Shown: positions 10,072 through 19,778 of the stretch, piece after piece
Layout: each line of letters begins with the position of its first letter
Numbering within the stretch: position 1 is the first letter of the stretch
DNA from: a virus
Taxonomy: Duplodnaviria; Heunggongvirae; Uroviricota; Caudoviricetes
Reading direction: 5' to 3' (one strand)
Length of the DNA: 64,000 bases
Virus record (IMG/VR): IMGVR_UViG_3300025093_000001
Position numbers and translations under genes: made by a program
The notes under the pieces: generated by a model
Seen by the model: only the letters and a program-made list of their open reading frames with translations
Told to the model about the DNA's origin: nothing
Databases searched by the model: none

Positions 10072-10177
10072 TCTTCTTCATGTTAATTAAACTTACGCTA
10101 TGTACAAAATACCAGCTAAAATGATGGCAAATGCTAATAGACCTACTGCAATTGTTTGTAGGGTTTGTTTTGTTACT

Positions 10178-10708
10178 CTATTCATATCTGAAAATCTCAT
10201 CTTTTTCTGTGGGAATAGACATATATTCCTGGTTTTCTGGAATATCTACTCCATAAATTTCACTCATTAATCTTCTCGTAGCCTCACTTTTATTAACAAT
10301 TCCCTTTGCTAATTCGGAATTGTACTTGTCTTTTAAGGCTTGAGAGAATTTAGAGTACTGACCTTTTCTAAATCTTTCTACATCATTGTTATATCTAGAT
10401 GCTACTTTGAATATATGGACAACTGTAGAGTCATCAACATCATAGTAGTCTGTCCAATTGTCAAAACTCCTAAGAGTTTCTTCAATAGATGCAAAATCTT
10501 CAAGAGAATCTACATTAAACACACAATAAAGATAGTAAGCTTCTGGTTCATGATACCACTTCCAATCGAAATGGACTAAACCAAAATCATCTAGGTATAC
10601 ATTTTCCAGCCCTAGTTGTTGTAATCCATTTAGTGAAAATTCTTTACCTTCTCCTGTAGAGATTATAGTAGGAGTTAAGAATTTAGAAGTTTTATTCCAT
10701 TCACTCAT
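10178..10708 (-). CDS. Hypothetical protein
   Basis: ORF with stop/start overlap to the upstream gene. Confidence 0.45.
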   Translation of the reverse strand: MSEWNKTSKFLTPTIISTGEGKEFSLNGLQQLGLENVYLDDFGLVHFDWKWYHEPEAYYLYCVFNVDSLEDFASIEETLRSFDNWTDYYDVDDSTVVHIFKVASRYNNDVERFRKGQYSKFSQALKDKYNSELAKGIVNKSEATRRLMSEIYGVDIPENQEYMSIPTEKDEIFRYE

Positions 10709-11664
10709 ATTGTGACTTGTCCCTTTTGTTCGTACTCAAACTTAGGATAATCCCAAACGTTTTCTTTTAAATGCCATGCCAAAGTATCAAGGCAATTCAT
10801 CCATCCTTCATAATATACACCATCTATTTCGCCACCAAAAGCTCCTACTTTGAGAGCTTCATCTGATAGTGTGTATATCATAGGAGCACCTATACGAGTA
10901 GTGCTTTCTACGAGAATCTTAAATGGTAAAATTGTATAGTCTGGATATGCAAACATCAATGCTGCAGTATAGAAAGCAGCTTGGAAGTCATACCTAAATT
11001 TATAAATAGCTTCATGAAACTTACTGGTATAACCAGCAGTAGTCTTCAAATCCCATGGTTGAATTGTTTTGTTCTCTTCATCAATTTCAATGAAATCAAG
11101 AAGAGACTTTAATTCAATATCATAGTCTTTGAATCTCCAATAGATAGCTACTTGTGTTTCTGTAGCTGATGGTATCACATGACTTGTAAAAGGATGATTC
11201 ATGATAGACTCACAAATCTCATGTGCCTTAGCTAAAGTTTCACTATCTATAACAGTTTTTCCTCGGGCTTTGACTTTATTCTCAAAGTATTGTGCATTGT
11301 CTATTACAAACTTAAGCCTAGTAGCTCTTTTATTCTTTAGTCTGTATCCTTGAGCTTCAATAATGTTATGTAGAAGCTCCTCTTCAATGACTCCTTGATA
11401 GTCAAAATTTCCCAGTACTTCACAGTGTTCGTAAAATTCATCCCATATAGACTTTATTGCTGTAGGTATACTGTTATCCTCTAGCTCAATAAATCTTTCC
11501 TCTAGCTCATTAGGAGTTAGAAGAATACAATCCACGAGGGAGCCCAGCGTTAAAGCTGAACTCTCCCCAAATGGATTATATAGTTTATATGACATTGGAT
11601 GATTACAAATTTTCTTGAGTCTAGTCTGTGAAACTGACTCACTTTCGTAATACTCCTTACTCAT
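10705..11664 (-). CDS. PD-(D/E)XK family nuclease (RecB/Cas4-like fold)
   Basis: WDLKTT (D-x-K) followed by a QxxxY motif (FQAAFY), characteristic of the PDDEXK_1 / RecB-family nuclease core. Confidence 0.55.
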   Translation of the reverse strand: MSKEYYESESVSQTRLKKICNHPMSYKLYNPFGESSALTLGSLVDCILLTPNELEERFIELEDNSIPTAIKSIWDEFYEHCEVLGNFDYQGVIEEELLHNIIEAQGYRLKNKRATRLKFVIDNAQYFENKVKARGKTVIDSETLAKAHEICESIMNHPFTSHVIPSATETQVAIYWRFKDYDIELKSLLDFIEIDEENKTIQPWDLKTTAGYTSKFHEAIYKFRYDFQAAFYTAALMFAYPDYTILPFKILVESTTRIGAPMIYTLSDEALKVGAFGGEIDGVYYEGWMNCLDTLAWHLKENVWDYPKFEYEQKGQVTI

Positions 11665-13528
11665 CGTTTATATCAAAGATGCCAAAATCATCTTGATTTA
11701 CTTGATTTTGATTAACCCTTTGTTGCTCTCTTAGTTCTGCATTCTCTCTTTCCACACGGTGAAAAGCCTCTTCTGCATTTATACGAATTGCCTCCATATT
11801 TACTGCAAATCTTTGTGGTCTCATTCTCTGAGGAGCTTCCCTTTCAGGTTCAACCTCAGGCGGTAGATTTTGGAGAAGTTTAATTCTCTTATCTAATTGA
11901 GCATCACTAAGATTATCAATTTCATATGGAGCATTAGACCTTTCAATTTCAGCATAGATATTATCACCGATGAAATCCTTATGGTATTGCTGACGTTTGT
12001 CATTGATAAAATCAAGGATTTTGTTAGCAAAAGCCTCAGGATATGCAGAACTGATTACATCTTCCAATGTAATTTTCTCTCTATTGTCCCTTACAATATC
12101 TCCGTGGTCTTCTACATAAGATAGAATAGCATTGGAAATGAGTAAGTAATTCAGAGCTGTGTTAAAATCCATTGGAGAATTGAAGATTCTGAACTCTACA
12201 GTCTCTTGAGGAAGGAAGGCATACGGTAAGAAATTAACCCAGAAGTATCTGGAATTAAGATTCCATTTGTTTGCCCCCTCTTTAGGAGAATGTCTGTTAT
12301 CCCAATTGAAACGTTGATTCTCCTTAGAACCTTCAGTCAAGAACTCAAAGAATTTGTTAAACTCTACTTTCATTCTTGCCTTGTTTGTATCAATACGGTC
12401 AAGATTCAGATTCAAGCTTTTCAAAGATTGACAATGGTCTTTTGTCTGTCTCTTACTTGTCCAATATCTATAATCTTTTTTGTATGGTGGAATCATATCA
12501 AACATTTCCTCCTGCAGTCTGTAGCACAGTTTGTACAGTGTGAGAGCATTGAGTTTACTTCTTTCAAATCCACCGAAGTGAACGTGGAAAGAGCACATCT
12601 CATTTACTCTACAGAGATTCTGTATCTCAGTATAGAATTTTTTCATAACTGCAAGACCTTTAGCTCCTGAAAATGGAATTGAGGTATACTCAATACCACC
12701 ATCCAGAGAGCCATCTCTTAGTGGAAGAAATCCTAACTTAGCTAAAGTATCTTCTGGGATTTGTCCAGACACTGTTTCAATCTCTACACCAAATGTACGA
12801 CCTTGTAAATGTTCTGCAACCTCTAAAAGAGTTTTACTTGGTGTCAAAGTGTTAGCTGCATAACCTGCCTCAGCCTTCTTCCTGTAATATTCAGAAGTTG
12901 AAACATTATACTGTAACGCTTTTGTGTAGATGTTTCCTTGGTTGCGAGTAGGTTTTCTGAATAACCTTCTTACAATTTTTGGAAGTGCTGGAACATAGAA
13001 TCCATTGCGAGGTTCCTTGATAGCTCCAGATTTTTCGACTGCTTCACTTGCTATAGGAAGAACATAAATTTCAATTCTTCTACCATAACAATCACACATC
13101 TTCTGAACCTGTTCATCATGGAACATTGGTTTTATAACCTTTGCAATGTAAACACTATTCATTCCAGTAGTATTACCAAAGTTTCCACCATAATACAAAT
13201 CAAAAATATTATCTGCAGCATTCGTTGGTATTTTACTACTATATGCAATCACATATTTACCATCCACAAAGTCTTTGATGTAAGGTCTGGCAGCAGTATC
13301 CTGAAAGAATTTAAATGTACCAGTTGCCTCATCAAAGATTATATTAGGATGATTTACTCTGTACCATTGACCATCTGACATCAGAACACATCCTTTGTCA
13401 ATGATATAGTATGCTCCCTTGATAAACCTAGTTTCAGACCTTGGAACCTTTTGTAGATTCATATTTTGGTCATAGGCTTCCACTTTTGTGAGCTTACTTA
13501 TCTTCTTTGAATTTGTTTCCTTCGACAT
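11657..13528 (-). CDS. Glutamine-synthetase-like amidoligase (Amidoligase_2 / GCS2-type COOH-NH2 ligase) with C-terminal extension
   Basis: GVEIETVSG...SFHVHFGG segment, matching the Glu-rich strand and HxH motif of GS-like carboxylate-amine ligases. Confidence 0.55.
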   Translation of the reverse strand: MSKETNSKKISKLTKVEAYDQNMNLQKVPRSETRFIKGAYYIIDKGCVLMSDGQWYRVNHPNIIFDEATGTFKFFQDTAARPYIKDFVDGKYVIAYSSKIPTNAADNIFDLYYGGNFGNTTGMNSVYIAKVIKPMFHDEQVQKMCDCYGRRIEIYVLPIASEAVEKSGAIKEPRNGFYVPALPKIVRRLFRKPTRNQGNIYTKALQYNVSTSEYYRKKAEAGYAANTLTPSKTLLEVAEHLQGRTFGVEIETVSGQIPEDTLAKLGFLPLRDGSLDGGIEYTSIPFSGAKGLAVMKKFYTEIQNLCRVNEMCSFHVHFGGFERSKLNALTLYKLCYRLQEEMFDMIPPYKKDYRYWTSKRQTKDHCQSLKSLNLNLDRIDTNKARMKVEFNKFFEFLTEGSKENQRFNWDNRHSPKEGANKWNLNSRYFWVNFLPYAFLPQETVEFRIFNSPMDFNTALNYLLISNAILSYVEDHGDIVRDNREKITLEDVISSAYPEAFANKILDFINDKRQQYHKDFIGDNIYAEIERSNAPYEIDNLSDAQLDKRIKLLQNLPPEVEPEREAPQRMRPQRFAVNMEAIRINAEEAFHRVERENAELREQQRVNQNQVNQDDFGIFDINDE

Positions 13529-15536
13529 GTTCTAAAATTTCATATGACATGATAATTAACTTAAGTTGGTCTGTTTCTGTATCAGTAAATACATACCCAC
13601 AGTCATCTCCAATCTCTTGAACTTTCTTGGCTATATAATACGCTGCTTCTAAAAGCTTTGTACTAATCTCATAACCTACTTGGTCAGGTTCAAATAGACC
13701 CATACCTTCTGCATAAGTTTGAACTAGCTGTTCAGCTTGGTCAAGACTTTGTGCAATGGCAATTTCGTCCATATCTGTCCAATCAGAGTTTGTAGTCTCT
13801 GTGAACTTATCCCAACTCTCATTGATAAGGGCATCAACACGCTCCTGAGCTGCTTTCTCCTCTTCTGCACTAAGCTCTGAAGACTGTTGGAGCATACCAT
13901 CCGTAGAGTTCTGCCCAGAAGTCGTAGGTGTCTTCTTCTCTACGGGCTTCTCCTTTTTTGGCTCTAACAATTCTGAAAAAATGTCTTTGAAATCTAAGGA
14001 AGCCTTAGTTTTTTTATTCAAATCCATTCCTTTTAAGAAAGTTTCAAAGAAAGGAGTTCTACTGTCCACAGGTTGTACATCTACCAAGTATCCATTATTG
14101 TACTCAAAGGTGTATAAACTAAATTCTGGCTTAAACTTAGCACTGAAAGTTAGTTTACCGTCCCAAGCAGGATAAGAAGATACTCTATAGTTATCATTAG
14201 TTGATGCTACAAAGGTGATGGGATATATCGAACATTTAGATAAATCACCTAAACGTGTACTATTCTCATCTAACATTGCATTAGCATCATTCATGGCCTC
14301 AAAGTCCTTACACATAATACCTTTTGCAAAGTAATATAGTGAAGCATTGAGTTTATCCTTCTTCTTATTCTTATTGTACTTTTTGCGGAAATCCCTCAAA
14401 CCTTTATTGGCTACAGCTTGAGTCATATACCATCCAAGTTGTTCACCATCTTCGCGAAGAAGCCATATACCATTGATTAAATGACCATTACGGAAGTAAC
14501 GTCCGCAACGGTAATAAATCTTTCCGCCTACGATATGGCTGCCCACGAAATATTCGTTTGGGGTTAAAAGAAGTTGATGAGCCTTGGCTGAACCTGTGAA
14601 AGTGCTGATAGGAATTTGACGTGCTCCTGAATGAGAAACTCTGGCATTAGTTCTCGTAGAAGGAGTTGTTGTTACAGCTGTACTGTTACGAGCATATGCT
14701 GTACTTAATTCCTTGCCTCTTTTTACTTTAAGCTCATTGATAACTTCACCACCTTCAAAAGTAAGGATAGTGTTGTTAGGAACTTCTTTGATGTCTTTAA
14801 GTCCAGCGAACTCAAATGGTTCTTTCATAGAAGATAGATATACACCAGTAACCTTACCTCTACTATTCACATACTGAACATAGTACAGCGGTCTTTCTTC
14901 ATCATCACCCGCTGCCCCCTTAAAGGCATAGAGCCTATCAGGATTATTCGAGTTATAGAAGATAAGAGCTGCAGCTCCTTTATACTCAGACAGAACCTTG
15001 TAGTTCTTATCATGATATAAGCGGTAAAGGAGAGCTTGTGAATCCATATTGACTGTTACCTCTTCAGGAATTTCAATATCCTTTGTAAGGTCTCTCCAGT
15101 CTATGAGACTTCCATTATGTGCTCCAATAAAGTTGTATCCAACCTCTTCATCTGGAACTTCTGGGTCATCAGTATCACACCCAAACCCAAAAGGGTGGGC
15201 ATTCTCTTTAGTGTGTGCACCTACAGTTGCTTTCCTTGTGTGAAGGATTACATTGAAGGTCTTTGTCATCTTAGGAAAGTCAAAGTCTTTGACAAAATTC
15301 CTAAAACGTGCAATACTTCCTACTCCTACATCAATGAAATTGTTGACAGCAATTCCGCAAGAGTGTATACCTCTTTCTTCATTGTATTGTCCAATAACTT
15401 TGAGAAGGAGTTCGTTTGGCTTTACTTTACCATTATATGCGCCTAATCCGCAACTTAACACATTACTCTTACCCTTAAATATTAGGAGTGAAATAAAATT
15501 CACTAAGGCAAAAGCAAAGATAAATAAACTTAACAT
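13494..15536 (-). CDS. Class II (Ntn-type) glutamine amidotransferase domain protein with an about 28-aa hydrophobic N-terminal propeptide and a long C-terminal extension
   Basis: ..LSCGLGAY.. places the nucleophile Cys at position 29, followed by GATase-II-like spacing (HSCGIAV, HTRKATVG, NGSL); 680 aa. Confidence 0.55.
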   Translation of the reverse strand: MLSLFIFAFALVNFISLLIFKGKSNVLSCGLGAYNGKVKPNELLLKVIGQYNEERGIHSCGIAVNNFIDVGVGSIARFRNFVKDFDFPKMTKTFNVILHTRKATVGAHTKENAHPFGFGCDTDDPEVPDEEVGYNFIGAHNGSLIDWRDLTKDIEIPEEVTVNMDSQALLYRLYHDKNYKVLSEYKGAAALIFYNSNNPDRLYAFKGAAGDDEERPLYYVQYVNSRGKVTGVYLSSMKEPFEFAGLKDIKEVPNNTILTFEGGEVINELKVKRGKELSTAYARNSTAVTTTPSTRTNARVSHSGARQIPISTFTGSAKAHQLLLTPNEYFVGSHIVGGKIYYRCGRYFRNGHLINGIWLLREDGEQLGWYMTQAVANKGLRDFRKKYNKNKKKDKLNASLYYFAKGIMCKDFEAMNDANAMLDENSTRLGDLSKCSIYPITFVASTNDNYRVSSYPAWDGKLTFSAKFKPEFSLYTFEYNNGYLVDVQPVDSRTPFFETFLKGMDLNKKTKASLDFKDIFSELLEPKKEKPVEKKTPTTSGQNSTDGMLQQSSELSAEEEKAAQERVDALINESWDKFTETTNSDWTDMDEIAIAQSLDQAEQLVQTYAEGMGLFEPDQVGYEISTKLLEAAYYIAKKVQEIGDDCGYVFTDTETDQLKLIIMSYEILEHVEGNKFKEDK

Positions 15537-16366
15537 TATGATTTGTGATTGAGTCCGTATTTATGATTCATGAGTTGCGGTAAGTGTTCGAGATACATCA
15601 AAGTAGTCTTCTCACCAAATGAAGGAGCTGAATTAGTCTCCAAGATTTGAAAGTCTCCTTTAGTGTTAACTCTAACATCAACTGCTCCGACATCAAGCCC
15701 TACCGCAGATAAAGCTTTCTGTGATTGTGCTACAATTTGGCACCAAGTAGTTGGTTTATTGAATTGTTCAGAATCCACATTAGTGAATTTTACGAAATTC
15801 CCATCCTCATCCAACTCTTGTTCTTTCTCTGTAGCCCAGATACAGTTGTTTGAATTGAAATACCATCTCTCTTCAGCATCAGATTTTCTAAGCTTACGGC
15901 AAGCATAGAAGCATCCAAGTGCTGAAACATGTAAACGATACTCTCTAGCTCCTGAAAAGTATTGCTCTAAGTAGTATCCTTGAGTATTACCATTAAAGAA
16001 TTGTAGTAATTGCTCTTCATTCTCAATGAACTGCATACCCCGTCCCCTACTACCAAGAACTTTCTTAGCTACTAATGGATATTTTTCAATCTCAGCAGTA
16101 TTAAAAGGGTCTGTAATGGTGTACATCTTTGGGCTTTGTATCTTACCATTCTTGAAAGCTTCTTTCATCTTCAGTTTATTTGAAGATACTTTAACAGCTT
16201 CAACGGTATTGATTTCGTGAGGAACATCTACCTGCGTAGTGCTGCCAAGACGAAATACAGACTTTCCATCAAATCTTAAGGAAGGATTCTTTCTTAAAAC
16301 TTCATGTGATGGGTGTCTTGAACGTATTCTAACGTATTTAAATTTAGGCGTCTTCATAGTTTCCAC
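15536..16366 (-). CDS. ATP-grasp ligase (RimK-like)
   Basis: PLVAKKVLGSRGRGM glycine-rich ATP-binding loop and downstream YYLEQY...EYR motifs. Confidence 0.65.
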   Translation of the reverse strand: METMKTPKFKYVRIRSRHPSHEVLRKNPSLRFDGKSVFRLGSTTQVDVPHEINTVEAVKVSSNKLKMKEAFKNGKIQSPKMYTITDPFNTAEIEKYPLVAKKVLGSRGRGMQFIENEEQLLQFFNGNTQGYYLEQYFSGAREYRLHVSALGCFYACRKLRKSDAEERWYFNSNNCIWATEKEQELDEDGNFVKFTNVDSEQFNKPTTWCQIVAQSQKALSAVGLDVGAVDVRVNTKGDFQILETNSAPSFGEKTTLMYLEHLPQLMNHKYGLNHKS

Positions 16367-16697
16367 TTTCTACAACAGGGAGACCTCTTTCTCCATCCAT
16401 AAAATACAATTCTGCAGTTGTTTCTTCTCCAGAATCAAGTATTACTTGTATGGGTCTTCTTTGATACCAATTTGGGTGTCCCTCTAACCCATCTACTCTT
16501 GGTACATCTTCTTCAGGAACATCGAATACTTCTACATGAATATTAGATGTAGGCTTATGTGATGATACAAAAGGTATCCCACTAGCATACATAGTATACT
16601 TCTCCTTTGTTTTTCCTGCGTCAACAAACTTTGAGTCTGCTAATAAGCGATTGTTTCCCCAACCTCTTCGCAGTGTTCCATATACAGCAATTCTCAT
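16344..16697 (-). CDS. Gamma-glutamyl cyclotransferase (GGCT/AIG2-like)
   Basis: N-terminal YGTLRRG motif and downstream ...LEGHPNWYQR, typical of the AIG2/GGCT fold. Confidence 0.7.
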   Translation of the reverse strand: MRIAVYGTLRRGWGNNRLLADSKFVDAGKTKEKYTMYASGIPFVSSHKPTSNIHVEVFDVPEEDVPRVDGLEGHPNWYQRRPIQVILDSGEETTAELYFMDGERGLPVVESGNYEDA

Positions 16698-17449
16698 GCG
16701 TAATCTGCAATTAATTCCCTAGCCAATTCTGGCTGTTCAAATGCCTGAAAGACTTCATTGTCATCAGGTAAAAATATTCCTTCATTGTGGTAGTCTTCGA
16801 CAATCCTCTCCACACTATCCCATACCCACTCAATCTTGTCGTTACTTTGTAACCATTCACATGAAGGGGTGCGATACTCAAAACCATAAGAGGTAGTTCT
16901 ATAAGTGCCTGGAGCACCATAGATATCTCTCCTAGAGAGTTCTGTACGAGGTTCAGCAGCAGCCAAAGGCAATCCAATATGCAGGTCAAAGAGCTTAATC
17001 ATCTTTTTGAGATTATTAATCTTCATTCCTACATGAATATGTCCACCTGCAAATCTCACGTTTGGTGGGAAGTCATCGGGACATAACAGCATAATGTTGT
17101 ACATGTTCTCTTGTGGAGCACATCCAAACATATTAGCTGTTGGGAATTGCAATGCTTTATCACTGAACACTGCCGAGTTGTTGAACCTGATTTCTACCTC
17201 TTCTGGTAGTTTTTGTTGGATAAATTCAATAGCTTGGTTCAAATTAGCTACAAAATCCAACTTTGTACTTGCTGGCGGGATGTTAAATTCAACCATTAGA
17301 TTATCACATAATACGGCATAGCCTGGTGCTAAATCTTCTGGCTCATCCTTAGTGCCATGAAAATACAACTCGGAAGGAACATACATCTCCAGGTCTGTAT
17401 TATACAGAAATGCTTCTGGGTCTGCTCCTAATGTGAATATATTATTCAT
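16694..17449 (-). CDS. Second COOH-NH2 ligase (phiEco32-like / GCS2-like GS-fold ligase)
   Basis: GADPE N-terminal motif and FAGGHIHVG HxH motif. Confidence 0.5.
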   Translation of the reverse strand: MNNIFTLGADPEAFLYNTDLEMYVPSELYFHGTKDEPEDLAPGYAVLCDNLMVEFNIPPASTKLDFVANLNQAIEFIQQKLPEEVEIRFNNSAVFSDKALQFPTANMFGCAPQENMYNIMLLCPDDFPPNVRFAGGHIHVGMKINNLKKMIKLFDLHIGLPLAAAEPRTELSRRDIYGAPGTYRTTSYGFEYRTPSCEWLQSNDKIEWVWDSVERIVEDYHNEGIFLPDDNEVFQAFEQPELARELIADYA

Positions 17450-18407
17450 AAATGTTCTTAATGAAATTTAAAAGTTCAGTTTGCCCGTAGTCTTTAACAT
17501 AGTCTGACGGGTCTTTTGGAAATCCAGTTGGAAAACTAATGGTCTCCCAACCATATTTATCACTTAGTTTGTCTGAATACTTAATACCTGCTTTATCATT
17601 ATCAAACCAAAGAATGATTTTACCAAATCTCTGATTCAATAATGCTGCAGCATTTTCAGATACAGGAGATGATTCAGACCTAACTGCTACAGCAGCATAG
17701 CCTAACTCATGTAAAGTCATCACATCTTTCCTAGACTTAGTGACAATCAGAAGATTGCCCTTATCAGGAAGTTGTGACCACCCTTCTAATACGCCACCTG
17801 ACATATTAGTTCTCCACTTATAACGTTTATCTGCCAATGGTCTGTACAGTTTGAACTTATCTTGTTCTTTGTATCTATACATTGGGTCATAAGCTTTGTA
17901 TTCATGGTAAAAGTCTCCATTAATCCAAGCGCGATAGACAGCCCTGACATTGTAATTAACTAATGTCTCTAGGCTAATCCCAAATTGAGCCCAATAATCC
18001 AAATCAGCCCGTTGAAAGGGTTGATTCACTACTTTGATTACTGTCTCTTTCTCTACTTGCGTAGGTTTGTTCAGGACAAGTTTTTTTCTTGTCTGAGGCG
18101 TTACAATTTCTTCATCTAATGATTCAATTTTATGTAAGCCTAGACCAAAGTCCTTAGAGATGATAGTTAATACCTCATAGAATGATATATCAAAGTATTC
18201 TTGAATGAACCTAAAACAATCCATATGTGTAGGGTCTCCCCCAAAATCTACAAACATCAATCTGTCATTGATATATGTAAAATAACAATCTGGATTTTTA
18301 TCAATTCTAGTAGGATTACAATACCTTGTCTGGAGTGCTATCTCATCAGGAAAGTATCTGGCATAGATATCCTCCTGGGTTATTCGCTTAAGTATTTGGT
18401 CTTTCAT
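17442..18407 (-). CDS. DNA primase (DnaG-like TOPRIM domain)
   Basis: TOPRIM signature (E...VRSESS...WFDNDKAG) in the C-terminal half; N-terminal Cys/His cluster. Confidence 0.65.
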   Translation of the reverse strand: MKDQILKRITQEDIYARYFPDEIALQTRYCNPTRIDKNPDCYFTYINDRLMFVDFGGDPTHMDCFRFIQEYFDISFYEVLTIISKDFGLGLHKIESLDEEIVTPQTRKKLVLNKPTQVEKETVIKVVNQPFQRADLDYWAQFGISLETLVNYNVRAVYRAWINGDFYHEYKAYDPMYRYKEQDKFKLYRPLADKRYKWRTNMSGGVLEGWSQLPDKGNLLIVTKSRKDVMTLHELGYAAVAVRSESSPVSENAAALLNQRFGKIILWFDNDKAGIKYSDKLSDKYGWETISFPTGFPKDPSDYVKDYGQTELLNFIKNIYE

Positions 18408-18460
18408 ACAAAAAAAGGGACTCCTTTTGAGAGTCCCTGATTAAGTACTTACTGTTCAGA

Positions 18461-19237
18461 TTAGAATGGTAATTCATCACCTCCATCTCCACTAGCAGCA
18501 AATTCTACTTCACCTTCCATTGTGTCAGGTTCTGCAGGTTTCACATACTCTTGGAAATCAGTGGTGAAATCATGATTTTTCCATTGAACTTTATTGAATT
18601 TCTTGTTAAAAGTGCGACCAAAGTCCTTAGCATACATTGCTTGGTATTTACCTTTAGTTACTCCTAACAGTCCCACGAACTCTTTGTCACCAAATCGTTC
18701 TAAAGCTCCTGTGAAAACATCAATATTTCCATTGGCAATATCTTCGTAAGGAAGGACAAATTTACCCTTCTCTGCGTCAATATTAATCCAATTAATGAAG
18801 AAAGCATAAAGCTCCTCTTCTCCATTCTTGGCAGGTCTCAAACCTGTTCTAGAGAACCAATCTAACTCAGATGTGTCATCTGGATTAGCAAGATAAGCAG
18901 TTCTACCATACTGGTTGATATACTTAATCTTACCGTTTCCTGCAGGTGGTACATCATCACCATCTACAAAGAATGCAATCTTAGTTGTGATGTTATGCTC
19001 TTCATTTTTAACATAAACATCAATCCTACCATCATAAGTAGGGTCATTAGTTCTCTCTGGGTCTAATCCTAGAAGAGCACAAAGCTCATCTTTAGTTGGA
19101 TTAACCGCTACCACTTTTACTCTACACGGTCCTGTGTAAAGCTTTCTTTCTTGTCTGAATTCTATATTATCCCAATTCATAGTCTTAGTCTTTAATTTCA
19201 ATAATTTCTCCTTCTTCAGTTCGAACCGCTTGGACAC
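18461..19237 (-). CDS. Putative single-stranded DNA-binding protein (start may be the internal Met near 19180)
   Basis: Acidic C-terminal tail ending ..DGGDELPF, as in SSB tails; sits in the replication module. Confidence 0.4.
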   Translation of the reverse strand: MSKRFELKKEKLLKLKTKTMNWDNIEFRQERKLYTGPCRVKVVAVNPTKDELCALLGLDPERTNDPTYDGRIDVYVKNEEHNITTKIAFFVDGDDVPPAGNGKIKYINQYGRTAYLANPDDTSELDWFSRTGLRPAKNGEEELYAFFINWINIDAEKGKFVLPYEDIANGNIDVFTGALERFGDKEFVGLLGVTKGKYQAMYAKDFGRTFNKKFNKVQWKNHDFTTDFQEYVKPAEPDTMEGEVEFAASGDGGDELPF

Positions 19238-19778
19238 CTTCCATATGGTCGAACAATTCTTCTGTGCAGTACAGACCTAATAGAAAATCTGCCCCAACTC
19301 TGTTAGCACCCTTTGATAAACAACGAGCCCATAACATGAACTTTGGCATCTTTTTCCAATTGTCCTTGGTGGTAAGTCCCATTCCTGTAGCCTCTTTCCA
19401 AGTAAAAGAACAAGTCTCTTCCTTGTCATTGCGATAGAAAACAATAGTTGTTCTCCTATCTACAGGTTTGTCATCACCTTCTTTGGGATACTCACTCGTA
19501 GTCCCATCACTGTAAACATACACTCCATCTTCAGTAGTGACAAATTCTACTCCTCCTTTACGTAATAATGCACCAATACCCTTAGCTGATAAACTCAGCT
19601 TTCCTTGGATAGGAATGATATAATGGAATGACTGCATTGCAGCGAATCCTAATTCCTTTCCCATTTGAGCAATTGTAAATGCATCTTCTACACTTTTCAC
19701 ATGACCAGGTAGTTTCTTGCTATCAATCAACGTTTGCAAGAAGTCCTTATGGTCTTCCATCTTCACTAATTCTGTCAT
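19185..19778 (-). CDS. RecT-like single-strand annealing protein
   Basis: C-terminal KKMPKFMLWARCLSKGANRVGADFLLGLYCTEEL resembles the RecT family conserved region. Confidence 0.4.
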   Translation of the reverse strand: MTELVKMEDHKDFLQTLIDSKKLPGHVKSVEDAFTIAQMGKELGFAAMQSFHYIIPIQGKLSLSAKGIGALLRKGGVEFVTTEDGVYVYSDGTTSEYPKEGDDKPVDRRTTIVFYRNDKEETCSFTWKEATGMGLTTKDNWKKMPKFMLWARCLSKGANRVGADFLLGLYCTEELFDHMEGVQAVRTEEGEIIEIKD

